In this document: positions 52,681-60,985 of the stretch, piece after piece
How the letters are laid out: each line of letters begins with the position of its first letter
Position numbering within the stretch: the stretch's first letter is position 1
IMG/VR virus record: IMGVR_UViG_3300014501_000003
Span: 1-64,000 of that record
Length of the DNA stretch: 64,000 nucleotides
Origin: a virus
Direction: 5' to 3' (one strand)
Program-made: the position numbers and the translations under genes
The notes under the pieces: model-generated
Told to the model about the DNA's origin: nothing
Seen by the model: the letters and a program-made list of their open reading frames with translations, nothing else
The model's database searches: none

Positions 52681-53078
52681 TTCCGCGCCTCAAGCACGGC
52701 CCGCCAAGGGTCGAGGTCGGCCAGGTGCGCCGCCATCGCCAGCTCGAACTCGTCGAGCGTGATGTGCTCGTCGAGGTACAGGCCCTTGACCCAATCGGCG
52801 GTCGGGTCGTCATCGTCGCTGGCCACAGTCTCCCGGCGGGGTAGCCAGGCGTGGCGGCTGCGGACCACCGACACTAGGCCCGCGCCGATCAGCGCCACGG
52901 CGAACGGCCCCATCCATATGAGCAGGGCGATGACACCGGGTGTGCCGATGTGTTGGTTGACTCCGTGACCCACTTCCGTCGAGCTCGCCACAGCGCCGAA
53001 GCCCACCGCGCCGCCCACGAGCCAGCCGACGGCCAGAGCCACACCGAACTCGCCCAGGTTTCGCCACTCGCGCCTCAC
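52677..53078 (-). CDS. Membrane protein (2-3 TM), 133 aa
   Basis: Track ORF with hydrophobic segments. Confidence 0.7.
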   Translation of the reverse strand: MRREWRNLGEFGVALAVGWLVGGAVGFGAVASSTEVGHGVNQHIGTPGVIALLIWMGPFAVALIGAGLVSVVRSRHAWLPRRETVASDDDDPTADWVKGLYLDEHITLDEFELAMAAHLADLDPWRAVLEARK

Positions 53079-53146
53079 ACCACGAACAGGCTAGCGGCGG
53101 GCCAGTCGGGGGAGGGCGACGGTGGTTTCGTGGCCCCTGTCAGACA
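53079..53146 (-). pseudogene. Chimeric remnant: 5' end of a VEHD-type gene fused to the 3' end of a 54366-type gene
   Basis: 53116..53138 matches 52655..52677 at about 21/23 positions (encodes RGHETTVALP versus RGHETTIACP). 53075..53110 aligns with 54366..54398 at 27/33 positions with a 3-nt indel (PDWPAASLFVV-stop versus PGWPAANLFV-stop). Confidence 0.55.
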
Positions 53147-54369
53147 TGCAGCGTGATCGTGACCTCTGCGCGGAGTCCCGGGTGGATGACGCTCAGCCGG
53201 ACTTCCGTGCTCACCGGCTGGACGTACTGCCCCTGTAGGCCGCCCACGTAGTACGCCATCGGGGCCGCGCCCATGTTCATATCCATGCCCCGGATCATGC
53301 CCCGCTCTAGCCAGGGGACCAGCTCGCGGACCCGCCGTTCGAGGCCGGTGCCGTAGTGCCCGCCCCAATTGTCGGGGAACAGCGGCTCGTGTTTCTCGGG
53401 GCCGAGCAGCCACGCCTCGGCTTCGGCGTGCAGGATTTCAGGGACCGGCTCAGCGCCAAGCTCGCGCGCCAGCGCCTCTGCGTCCTCCCAGCGGTCGAGC
53501 ACGCGGACGCCGTACTCCTCGGCGAGAAGGTCTAGGCCCGCGAGCCCTCCCGCCATCTCGACAGCCTGCATCGAAGCGCCGCACCGGTAACACGAAAGCC
53601 TCGCGCCGTTGACCGACCACGCGTGCGGGCAGTTGCGGTCAACGTCATCAACGCGTGACCTGTCGATGATGCCGACAAGCTCGGCGGTTTCCGCGCGCCA
53701 GCCGTCTGGGTGGATGATCAGGTTGCCGTACCCGATCACGACCGCGCCGACGGCGTAGGCGCCCACGCTGCCCGCGATGGCCTCCGGAGTCGAGTGGGCG
53801 TAGAGCCCGCAGGCGCAGTCCTCTTGCGGCGCGTTGTGTGCGGCAACCGTGGTGGCGACGCACTTCGCGCGCTGGGGCTCGCGCGTGATCGGCCAGCTCG
53901 CTTCGACGCCCGTCGATTTGAGTGGCCCCGTGCCGTCCCACTTGAACGCGCGGTAGCCGATGGCTGGCGCTTGGAGCTGGGCGGTCACGCGGGGACGGGC
54001 TCGGGCTTGCGCACGGGCTCCGCGGGCTCCGGGAGCACGAGCGGCTCCCGCTTCGGAGCCGGAGCGACCGCTGGCACCGTTCCCGGCTTGAGTCCCATGC
54101 CGCGATTCTACGCCCGTGGCCCGTCGCAGGTCTTGCTCGATGATGTCCACGATCACGCCATGCTGCCCCACGTCGCTGACGAGCTGAAGCGAGATCGCCT
54201 CGCCGACCACCGTCCCATTGGGCAGCCGCTTCCACGCCACCACCTGCGCGCGTGCCTGCGACCCGCCGAATCGGTAGGCCAGCGCACTCGGCACCTCGGC
54301 GGGCGTCTCCGCGAGCCGAATCCCTCGCTTGCCCAGCACTCGCCGCAACTCTGCCGTTGCATGGCTCAC
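53140..54369 (-). CDS. Hypothetical protein, 409 aa
   Basis: Track ORF with a GTG start in a GTGA overlap. Confidence 0.75.
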   Translation of the reverse strand: MSHATAELRRVLGKRGIRLAETPAEVPSALAYRFGGSQARAQVVAWKRLPNGTVVGEAISLQLVSDVGQHGVIVDIIEQDLRRATGVESRHGTQAGNGASGRSGSEAGAARAPGARGARAQARARPRVTAQLQAPAIGYRAFKWDGTGPLKSTGVEASWPITREPQRAKCVATTVAAHNAPQEDCACGLYAHSTPEAIAGSVGAYAVGAVVIGYGNLIIHPDGWRAETAELVGIIDRSRVDDVDRNCPHAWSVNGARLSCYRCGASMQAVEMAGGLAGLDLLAEEYGVRVLDRWEDAEALARELGAEPVPEILHAEAEAWLLGPEKHEPLFPDNWGGHYGTGLERRVRELVPWLERGMIRGMDMNMGAAPMAYYVGGLQGQYVQPVSTEVRLSVIHPGLRAEVTITLHV

Positions 54370-54971
54370 ACGAACAAGTTAGCCGCTGGCCAGCCGGGAT
54401 TCAGGTCGAGGACTCGCGGCTCCCCCATCCCGATCCACCGCTCCGCATCGAACCGACTCCTACTCGGGGGCTCCGGGAGAGAGCGCAGGTAGTCACACCG
54501 CGCCATCCAGAAGTTGCCCCCGAAGAACGGGGTCCTGATCGCATTGGGGAAGGCGTCGGGGGTCAGCCAGTGGCAGCCCACCGCGTCGTAGGACTCCAAG
54601 GCTTCGAGGTTGGAGCGCCAGTTGTCGATCACCCGCAGGCACATCGACCTTCGCCAGTCCGCCCGGAACTTCGTCACGTCTGAACTTCCCTTGGTATGCG
54701 CGTACATGCAGGCGCCGTCATTGGTCTGAACCCACTCGCGCAGGGCGTTGATCGTGACCTGCTCGTAGCCCTCGTCAGCTTCGGCGGCGACGGTCACATC
54801 GGGGAGCGGGCTGAAGGCGTCTGCGGCTGCTTCTCGCCAGAACTTCTCACCGACGAGGCCGAGATAGACCGGGCCGGTGAACTCCGCTTTCAGGAGCGTG
54901 TCGACCTGTTCTAGGACGGGCTCTGTCCAGTCTCCGTCAGCGAAAATATGGTAAAAATGCGATAGATGCAC
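54366..54971 (-). CDS. Hypothetical protein (YAHTKG / FGGNFW motifs), 201 aa
   Basis: GTG 54971 (or TTG 54977) avoids the antisense overlap with the plus-strand HNH-like gene. Confidence 0.65.
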   Translation of the reverse strand: MHLSHFYHIFADGDWTEPVLEQVDTLLKAEFTGPVYLGLVGEKFWREAAADAFSPLPDVTVAAEADEGYEQVTINALREWVQTNDGACMYAHTKGSSDVTKFRADWRRSMCLRVIDNWRSNLEALESYDAVGCHWLTPDAFPNAIRTPFFGGNFWMARCDYLRSLPEPPSRSRFDAERWIGMGEPRVLDLNPGWPAANLFV

Positions 54972-54980
54972 CGTCAACCG

Positions 54981-54989
54981 TGATATGAT
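54981..54989 (+). promoter_or_regulatory. Extended -10-like TGATATGAT, 6 nt upstream of ATG 54996
   Basis: TGn plus TATGAT in a local AT-rich patch. No SD. Confidence 0.4.
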
Positions 54990-54995
54990 TGTGTC

Positions 54996-55592
54996 ATGCC
55001 CAAAGAGCTTGACGTGATGGGCCACCGGTTCGGTCGGCTGATTGCCATTCGGAAGATCACGCCCCCCGGAACGCGCAGTAAGTGGGAGTGCCGATGTGAC
55101 TGTGGCGCCATCACCATTGCAGCGCTCTCGCACCTACGAGGGGGACAGACTCGCTCATGTGGTTGCCTCCGTCGTGAGGTTTCAGTAGCCCTGTTCACAA
55201 GGATCGGACGCCAAAACGCCGGCAAGCGCGTCAAACACGGCCACGCGCCTTACAGCCGCAAACGCTCCCCTACCTATGGGAGCTGGTCCGCGATCAAAAC
55301 ACGCTGCCTCAACCCCAACGCCACGGACTACGAGAGGTACGGCGGGAGTGGAATCAAACTCTGCGAGCGCTGGCTCAAGTTCGAGAACTTCCTGGCCGAC
55401 ATGGGCGAGGCACCGGGGCCGGGCTACCAAGTCCACCGCAAGGACTCGGCGCGCGGCTATGAACCGGGCAACTGCGAATGGCTCACGAAGGGCGCCCACT
55501 CTACGTTGCACGGCAAGGAACGCGCCGCGAGGGGCGAACTCGGCCAAGGCCCGCGCGATCCCGTGACTGGTCGCTTCACTCGGGGCGCTTGA
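54996..55592 (+). CDS. Zn-ribbon + HNH_3-like homing-endonuclease-like protein, paralogue A, 198 aa
   Basis: FGRLIAI, CRCDCG, SCGC, YGGSGIKLCERW, ADMGEAPGPGY and GNCEW are shared with 57095..57706 and 60986..61492. Confidence 0.8.
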   Translation: MPKELDVMGHRFGRLIAIRKITPPGTRSKWECRCDCGAITIAALSHLRGGQTRSCGCLRREVSVALFTRIGRQNAGKRVKHGHAPYSRKRSPTYGSWSAIKTRCLNPNATDYERYGGSGIKLCERWLKFENFLADMGEAPGPGYQVHRKDSARGYEPGNCEWLTKGAHSTLHGKERAARGELGQGPRDPVTGRFTRGA

Positions 55593-56034
55593 CTGGCCAC
55601 GCCTTCGGGTAGCAGCGCTGGACGATCCGCCATCCGAGCTGGTGCTGGCAGGCGTGGATGCCGTCCACGAACTCGCGCAGTTCGTCGGGGTGGCGGCGGT
55701 CGAGCTGGCCGAAGGCGTTGACTGCGGCGACAAGGTGGCCGCTGACCTCACGCTCGGGGGCGGTCAGGCCATCCACGAACGCCAGATCGTCCTCCGGTGG
55801 CGACCGGAACGCGCCCGTGTCGGCCACCGGCTCCGCTGACTCGGCAAAGAACGCGCGGTCGGAGTCGCGCTGGCCCTGCGCTTCGGCCGCCGAGTAGTCG
55901 CTCTCCTGCACGCGGGACTGGAAGTAGGGCATGAGCCCGGCGGCAAGCTCCGTCGCCCGCTCCAACTTCTCGATGAGCGCGTCGACCTCCGTCGAGTCGA
56001 TCCCGATCTTGATCGTTGAAGTAGTCCGCGCCAT
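55576..56034 (-). CDS. Hypothetical protein, 152 aa
   Basis: Track ORF. Confidence 0.7.
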   Translation of the reverse strand: MARTTSTIKIGIDSTEVDALIEKLERATELAAGLMPYFQSRVQESDYSAAEAQGQRDSDRAFFAESAEPVADTGAFRSPPEDDLAFVDGLTAPEREVSGHLVAAVNAFGQLDRRHPDELREFVDGIHACQHQLGWRIVQRCYPKAWPVKRPE

Positions 56035-56043
56035 GCCCGCAGC

Positions 56044-56526
56044 TTATACGTGATGATGAGCCGTGGCCGGCCAATGCACATGGACCTGCTGCTGCACCGA
56101 GGCGAACACCGCGATGTCCACGAACTGCCATGTGCTCTCAGGCAACGGCCGAACCCGAACCTCCGGCGCGATCTTGCAGAACCCGATCCCCCCGAAGTCC
56201 GCCCACTCCTCGCCCTCCTCGATCCACACTCCTCCACACGGGGGCTGTCTGCCGGTGCGGTGTGACCAGTGCGGCCCTCCCGAGACGGCGTTGAGCCAGT
56301 AGGCGTGCGTGCAGAAGGGCTCGGGGCAGTCGAGCAGGGTTTGGATCAGGTCGTCTGAGCACTCCATGTCGTGCTCGACGTTGACGATCGTCTTGTCGGA
56401 CTCCCACCACTCGGCGACTCCGGCGCAGTAGGACTCGGGCTCGACGCACTCGATCGGCCAGACCTCGAAGCGCTCGGACTCGAAGTGGCCTGCACCGGGG
56501 AGATGCGAGGCGAGGACGACGGTCAC
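56044..56526 (-). CDS. VEHD-family paralogue 1 (unknown function), 160 aa
   Basis: MTVVLASHLPGAGHF, TIVNVEHDMEC, CPEPFC, GEEWADFGGIGFCKI and HVHW...HHHV. Confidence 0.7.
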   Translation of the reverse strand: MTVVLASHLPGAGHFESERFEVWPIECVEPESYCAGVAEWWESDKTIVNVEHDMECSDDLIQTLLDCPEPFCTHAYWLNAVSGGPHWSHRTGRQPPCGGVWIEEGEEWADFGGIGFCKIAPEVRVRPLPESTWQFVDIAVFASVQQQVHVHWPATAHHHV

Positions 56527-56750
56527 ACGGGCGGTGCGCAGCGCGGGTGGTAGACGCGGGTCGGGTGGTCATCCGCAATGACGGTGCCCATCGTCCATCC
56601 TTCGCACTCGATTGCGCCGGGCGGCAATGACCAGAAGCCGGGGACGCAGACCTTCTCCTCCTCAAAGCTCAGCCGCTTCCCGCACCCGGAGCAGACATCG
56701 GGCATCGCCAGCACGCCCGTCTTGCCCACCGGCAGAGTCTCCGTGTCCAT
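56523..56750 (-). CDS. Zinc-ribbon protein, 75 aa
   Basis: Track ORF with CSGCGK. Confidence 0.65.
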   Translation of the reverse strand: MDTETLPVGKTGVLAMPDVCSGCGKRLSFEEEKVCVPGFWSLPPGAIECEGWTMGTVIADDHPTRVYHPRCAPPV

Positions 56751-57098
56751 CTAGCGAGTCTCCCTCACGACCGACTCGACCTCGACCAGCTCGCCGCCAC
56801 GATTGACGAAGTGGCGAAGCGTCCTCGCCCCGACCGGGCAGAGATAGAGTTCGCCCGCGTGGGCCTCCGGGCCCCGCCGGCAGTTCAAGCAGCAGCCGCC
56901 CGTCTCATCCGGCGTCCATCGCTTGCGCATATCCGCGCCCATCTCCGACACCATCTGGTCGTGAACCTCCCGCTCATGCGCCGGATCGGGTCCGGCCGCA
57001 CGTAGCTGAGCCGAGACGCGCGCCCCGCCCTCTCCCTCGTTGATCCCGATACCTCGCGGGGTCTTGATCTGCTCGGGCGGTAGGGGCTGCGGGGTCAC
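56751..57098 (-). CDS. Hypothetical protein, 115 aa
   Basis: Track ORF with CCLNC...C. Confidence 0.65.
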   Translation of the reverse strand: MTPQPLPPEQIKTPRGIGINEGEGGARVSAQLRAAGPDPAHEREVHDQMVSEMGADMRKRWTPDETGGCCLNCRRGPEAHAGELYLCPVGARTLRHFVNRGGELVEVESVVRETR

Positions 57099-57706
57099 GG
57101 CTTCTCCTGTTCCATGTCGGCTCGCACGAGCGTCACGAGCTCGGCTCGCGTCATCCCGAGCGCTTTGGCCACCGCGGCAAGGCTGATCGCCGGGCGTCGC
57201 TGTCGGCTGTTTCGTACCTGCTCAGACCGTGTCGCCCATCGGCAGTTTCCCGGTTCGTAGTCGCCGTCGTTGTCGATGCGGTCGAGTGTGTACTCAGGGC
57301 CAGGCTTCTCGCCCATATCGGTGAGAAAGTTCGGGAAGCCATCTGGTCCCTGCCAGCGCTCGCAGACAGTGATCCCGCGGCCGCCGTAGTTCTCCCACGA
57401 TGGGTCCCTTTGGTTTCTACAGCGCGCACGCATGAGCGTCCACGTCATGTAGAGCGGATGTCTTGACTTGCGGAACGCATAGCCGTGAACGCGCGGCCCG
57501 CTCGGAAGGTTTCGCTGCGATGTCTGCCGTACGAGACACCCACACGACCGCGTGTGTCCGTTCGCCAGATGGTTAGCGGCGACCACCGTCGTCTTTCCGC
57601 AGGAGCAGAGGCATCGCCAAGCTGTTTGCGTGCCGATATTCGCCACGCGCTCCTGCACGGTCAACCGTCCGAACTGCTGTCCGGCTTGATCGATAAATGC
57701 TCCCAT
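57095..57706 (-). CDS. Zn-ribbon + HNH_3-like homing-endonuclease-like protein, paralogue B, 203 aa
   Basis: [63 protein letters not shown]. Confidence 0.8.
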   Translation of the reverse strand: MGAFIDQAGQQFGRLTVQERVANIGTQTAWRCLCSCGKTTVVAANHLANGHTRSCGCLVRQTSQRNLPSGPRVHGYAFRKSRHPLYMTWTLMRARCRNQRDPSWENYGGRGITVCERWQGPDGFPNFLTDMGEKPGPEYTLDRIDNDGDYEPGNCRWATRSEQVRNSRQRRPAISLAAVAKALGMTRAELVTLVRADMEQEKP

Positions 57707-57713
57707 CCAACGC

Positions 57714-57719
57714 AGTATA
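57714..57719 (-). promoter_or_regulatory. -10-like TATACT, 7 nt upstream of ATG 57706
   Basis: Lies in the AT-rich 31-nt spacer after the capsid B stop. No SD. Confidence 0.35.
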
Positions 57720-57737
57720 TAGCGGCACCGGATAGCT

Positions 57738-59084
57738 TTATTTCAGGGCCGACGTATATCCAGCTCCCCTGATGACCGCCGTTCCAGCCGCATGCCGGGT
57801 GACACACGCAGCGTACTCGCGCAGGTTGAGGATCGTCCGCAACGTATCGCCCTTGGCTTCGAGGAACACGCTCAGCACCGGCTCGTCCTCCATTACGATG
57901 ATGGCGTCGCCGGGCGAGGACACGAGCAGCGGCGTCTGTGTCGTGGTTCCAAAAAGTGGCAGGTTGTCATCGGTCATCCAGAGCACGCCGCCAGGAAGAA
58001 CAGTGCCGGTGAACCGCGACCACTTCGGCATCTTGTTGTCTTCGTCGTGGTCGTCAGCGTCTGCGGCGAGCGGGAAGCCGGGGACGAACTGCGGGACGAC
58101 GATCGGGCGTTCCTGTTTGTCGAGCTGGCTTGTCGCGTGGGAGTAGAGGTCCGAGGTCGTGAACAGGTGCGTCGGGCGCAGCCGCGTGCCGGCGGTGTCG
58201 GTGATTTCCTCGCGGGCCGTCGCCAGGTCTTCGTACAGCCCGCCCGTCGTGTAGGAGGACTTGCCGCTGACCGCGTTGCCCTTGCTGATCGCCTGGTTCA
58301 GCACGTACAGGTCCACTTCGGCATCCAACTGCTGCTGTAGCTGTTTGCCGATGATGACGTCGGTGGCGCCGCCGCCCGAGCCGCCCCGGTCGTGTAGCTG
58401 CTGGGTGCCGGTGATCTGCCCGGTGATCGTCGCGACTGTCGCTGACGGTTCGAGTTCGGTGGCCGGCTCGGTTTCCGCCACTGAGCCGCCCTCGGTCTGC
58501 TGGCCCACTTTCGGCCCCGTGCTGAAGTAGGGCACGTACACTTTCATGCCGAACGCCGGGAGCGGCAGGAGGATGCACTGGTCGGTGAACGATCGTGCGG
58601 CGCCGCGGAACGGTGCCCACTGGTCGAACAGGAAGGCAGGAGTCACGAACGGCGCGGCTTCGCCGGGCGAGCTCGCCGAGATGCCCCCGTCGGTGCCGAA
58701 GCCGCGGATCTCGTTCAGCAGTCTCGTCGCCCGCCGCTGGTCTTCCTCGGCATCGCCGGTGCGGACGCGAGCGCGGATGATCCGTTCGGCGCGCTGGCCC
58801 TCCTTCGAGCCCCGTGCCATCTCTGAGCCGAGTTCCTTTTCATAGCGGATCAGCCGCTGGCGGGCGTCGAGGGTGCCGGGGAAGTCGGGCTGCGCCGCGG
58901 ACACCACGTCGGCATAGAAGGAGTGGCGCGAGCGTAGGCCGTAGGTGGGCGGCTCGTGGGTGACGCTGGCGTCGCTCTGCGCCTTCTCGCGTTCCGCCTT
59001 CTCGCGCTCGCGTGCCAGCCGCTCGCCGATGATCCGGTCAACCTCAGCCTGCTGCGCAGGCGTAAACACCACGTCGCTCATCAT
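57738..59084 (-). CDS. HK97-fold major capsid protein paralogue B, 448 aa
   Basis: GGAGG precedes the ATG. GTDGGISASSPGEAAPFVTPAF, FTDQC, FGMKVYVP, QQLHDRGG, RPTHLF and GTTTQ are collinear with capsid A. Confidence 0.85.
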   Translation of the reverse strand: MMSDVVFTPAQQAEVDRIIGERLAREREKAEREKAQSDASVTHEPPTYGLRSRHSFYADVVSAAQPDFPGTLDARQRLIRYEKELGSEMARGSKEGQRAERIIRARVRTGDAEEDQRRATRLLNEIRGFGTDGGISASSPGEAAPFVTPAFLFDQWAPFRGAARSFTDQCILLPLPAFGMKVYVPYFSTGPKVGQQTEGGSVAETEPATELEPSATVATITGQITGTQQLHDRGGSGGGATDVIIGKQLQQQLDAEVDLYVLNQAISKGNAVSGKSSYTTGGLYEDLATAREEITDTAGTRLRPTHLFTTSDLYSHATSQLDKQERPIVVPQFVPGFPLAADADDHDEDNKMPKWSRFTGTVLPGGVLWMTDDNLPLFGTTTQTPLLVSSPGDAIIVMEDEPVLSVFLEAKGDTLRTILNLREYAACVTRHAAGTAVIRGAGYTSALK

Positions 59085-59145
59085 GTCCTCCGTTGGGGGA
59101 GTAGGTCCGACGCTTTGGAGCGCGCGTCGTCAGCGCGAAGTTGGA

Positions 59146-59173
59146 GGCGAGCGCCCCCGAAGGGACGCCCGCC
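59146..59173 (-). terminator. Hairpin with a UUCG tetraloop after capsid A
   Basis: On the minus strand GGCGGGCGTCCC-TTCG-GGGGCGCTCGCC (10/12 pairs), 10 nt after the stop at 59183. Confidence 0.45.
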
Positions 59174-59182
59174 AGAGGTCGC

Positions 59183-60847
59183 CTAGTTGGTGTAGGTGAC
59201 CGCTTTCATGCCTTCACCGTTGATCGCCGCCACGCCTTCGGCGTAGCGCTTGATCGCGGTGCCATACGAGTACTGCTGGAGAATTACCTGGAGGGTGTTG
59301 GCTTTGGTCTGTGGAATCGTCCGGGGAGTGATTGCCCCCTCGAACACCCACAGCTCCGACAGACACCCGACGATTGCCTGGTCGTTCGTCGTGGTGCCCT
59401 GGTCCGGGATGTTCTCGTCCGTGAACACCGGCAGCCCGACGAATTTGTAACCCGTCGCGCCCTCGATGCCCTCGTCACCTGATGCCGAACCTGCCGCCGC
59501 CGCGTTGAACGGCCCGGCGTAGTCCGGCACGATCAGCGAACGGCCAGTCGTGTCGGTCACCGCCGCCATGTACTCCCAGCGGGTCGGCCGCACGAACAGG
59601 TGCGTCGGGTTCAGCACGGTACCCGCGAGAGTGCGGATGTCGGCCTTCGCTTTCGCGATCTGCCCGTAGAACCCACCGGCTTTGGCTTCGCCCGCCGCCG
59701 AGACTTCCGTGAGCACGAATTTGCCGGCGTTGCCTTTCCAGTTGTTGACTTTGGCTTCGGCCAGCGCGATTTCCAGGCAGTACACGTCGAAGTTCAACGC
59801 GTAGTTGCGCATCAGCTGATCGAAGATCAGTTTGTCGAACGCGAAGCCAGGGCCTGCCCGATCGAGCAGCTGCTGTGAGACGACGACCTGCCCGGCGAAC
59901 GTTTTCAACGCCCCCGAGAGGTAGCCCGCAGTCGGTGCCAGATCGGCGATCGTGGTGGAGCCCGCGGACTCCGTGGTCGCTGTTACTTCGGCGCCGCCCG
60001 TGACGTGTGGGATGTAGACGTACATCCCATATGGCGGGAGCTGTTCTTTCTGGCACTGGTCTGCGAACGCCCGGCCGAATTCACGGTAGGGCGCGTAGTC
60101 GCCGACTTTGAACACGGGGGTCACGAACGCCGAGCCTTCACCCGGTGCTGTGGCCGACGCGCCTCCGTCGGTGCCGACTGCGGTTGCACGCAGCTCGGGC
60201 TTGTCCTCGATCGCCATGCGGCCGCGCTGGTCGAACTCCTTCATCCGAGCCGCTGTGGCTGCCTGGTCCTCGCCGCGGATCGTTTCGCGGATCTGCTTCT
60301 CGGCCGAGCGTCCGAACGGCGTGCGCTGGGCGTACTCCTTCTCGACCTGATGCGCCCATTCGGTCAGACGCTTCGAGGACCCGTGGTCATAGTCCCCGGC
60401 GAACAGCGCTTTGCAGCGGAGTGCCAGGTCCATGTAGAACGAGTTCGGCGAACGCTCACCGTCGGCCGCGACGCCGTAGACCGGCCGGTCGCCTTCGATG
60501 ACCTCCACGTCGGCGATCGAGTCCACCGAGCGGATGTGCTCGCGGGACTCGGCGATCGCCTTCGCGTCCTTCGCCCGCTGCGTCTCTTCCTTGATGCGCT
60601 TGCGGATGGTCTTTACTTCCTTGCGGATCGGCTTCAGGTCCTCGTCGGCCGAGTCGATCTCCGTGCGCAGCTCGTCGCAGCGCGCGGTCTCTTTCTCGTC
60701 TGCGTCGCGGTCCTCGCCTTTGTCGTTGGTGAGGCCCTCGACGATCTTGCGGAACTCCGCTTCCGACCCGTCACGGCGCGTGACCAACTCGTCACGGCGT
60801 GTCTGGGCGGCCTCGGCGTTCTCCACGAGCTCTGCTAGAGCGCTCAT
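59183..60847 (-). CDS. HK97-fold major capsid protein paralogue A with an N-terminal delta/scaffold-like coiled coil, 554 aa
   Basis: ATG 60847 follows AAGGACAAGG. GTDGGASATAPGEGSAFVTPVF, FADQC, YGMYVYIP, QQLLDRAG and NPTHLF. Confidence 0.9.
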   Translation of the reverse strand: MSALAELVENAEAAQTRRDELVTRRDGSEAEFRKIVEGLTNDKGEDRDADEKETARCDELRTEIDSADEDLKPIRKEVKTIRKRIKEETQRAKDAKAIAESREHIRSVDSIADVEVIEGDRPVYGVAADGERSPNSFYMDLALRCKALFAGDYDHGSSKRLTEWAHQVEKEYAQRTPFGRSAEKQIRETIRGEDQAATAARMKEFDQRGRMAIEDKPELRATAVGTDGGASATAPGEGSAFVTPVFKVGDYAPYREFGRAFADQCQKEQLPPYGMYVYIPHVTGGAEVTATTESAGSTTIADLAPTAGYLSGALKTFAGQVVVSQQLLDRAGPGFAFDKLIFDQLMRNYALNFDVYCLEIALAEAKVNNWKGNAGKFVLTEVSAAGEAKAGGFYGQIAKAKADIRTLAGTVLNPTHLFVRPTRWEYMAAVTDTTGRSLIVPDYAGPFNAAAAGSASGDEGIEGATGYKFVGLPVFTDENIPDQGTTTNDQAIVGCLSELWVFEGAITPRTIPQTKANTLQVILQQYSYGTAIKRYAEGVAAINGEGMKAVTYTN

Positions 60848-60967
60848 GTGCCTTGTCCTTTCGTGTGGGTTTTGTGTTCCCCACGCGATCCCGAACCGCA
60901 CTCCGGACATTGCCAGCAGTACTCGGCTTTTCGCCTTTCCTCGACCTAGCAGGGTGACCGTCGTGCG

Positions 60968-60976
60968 TGGTACTAT
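60968..60976 (+). promoter_or_regulatory. Extended -10-like TGGTACTAT, 9 nt upstream of ATG 60986
   Basis: TGn plus TACTAT. No SD. Confidence 0.4.
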
Positions 60977-60985
60977 CGTGGTCTG

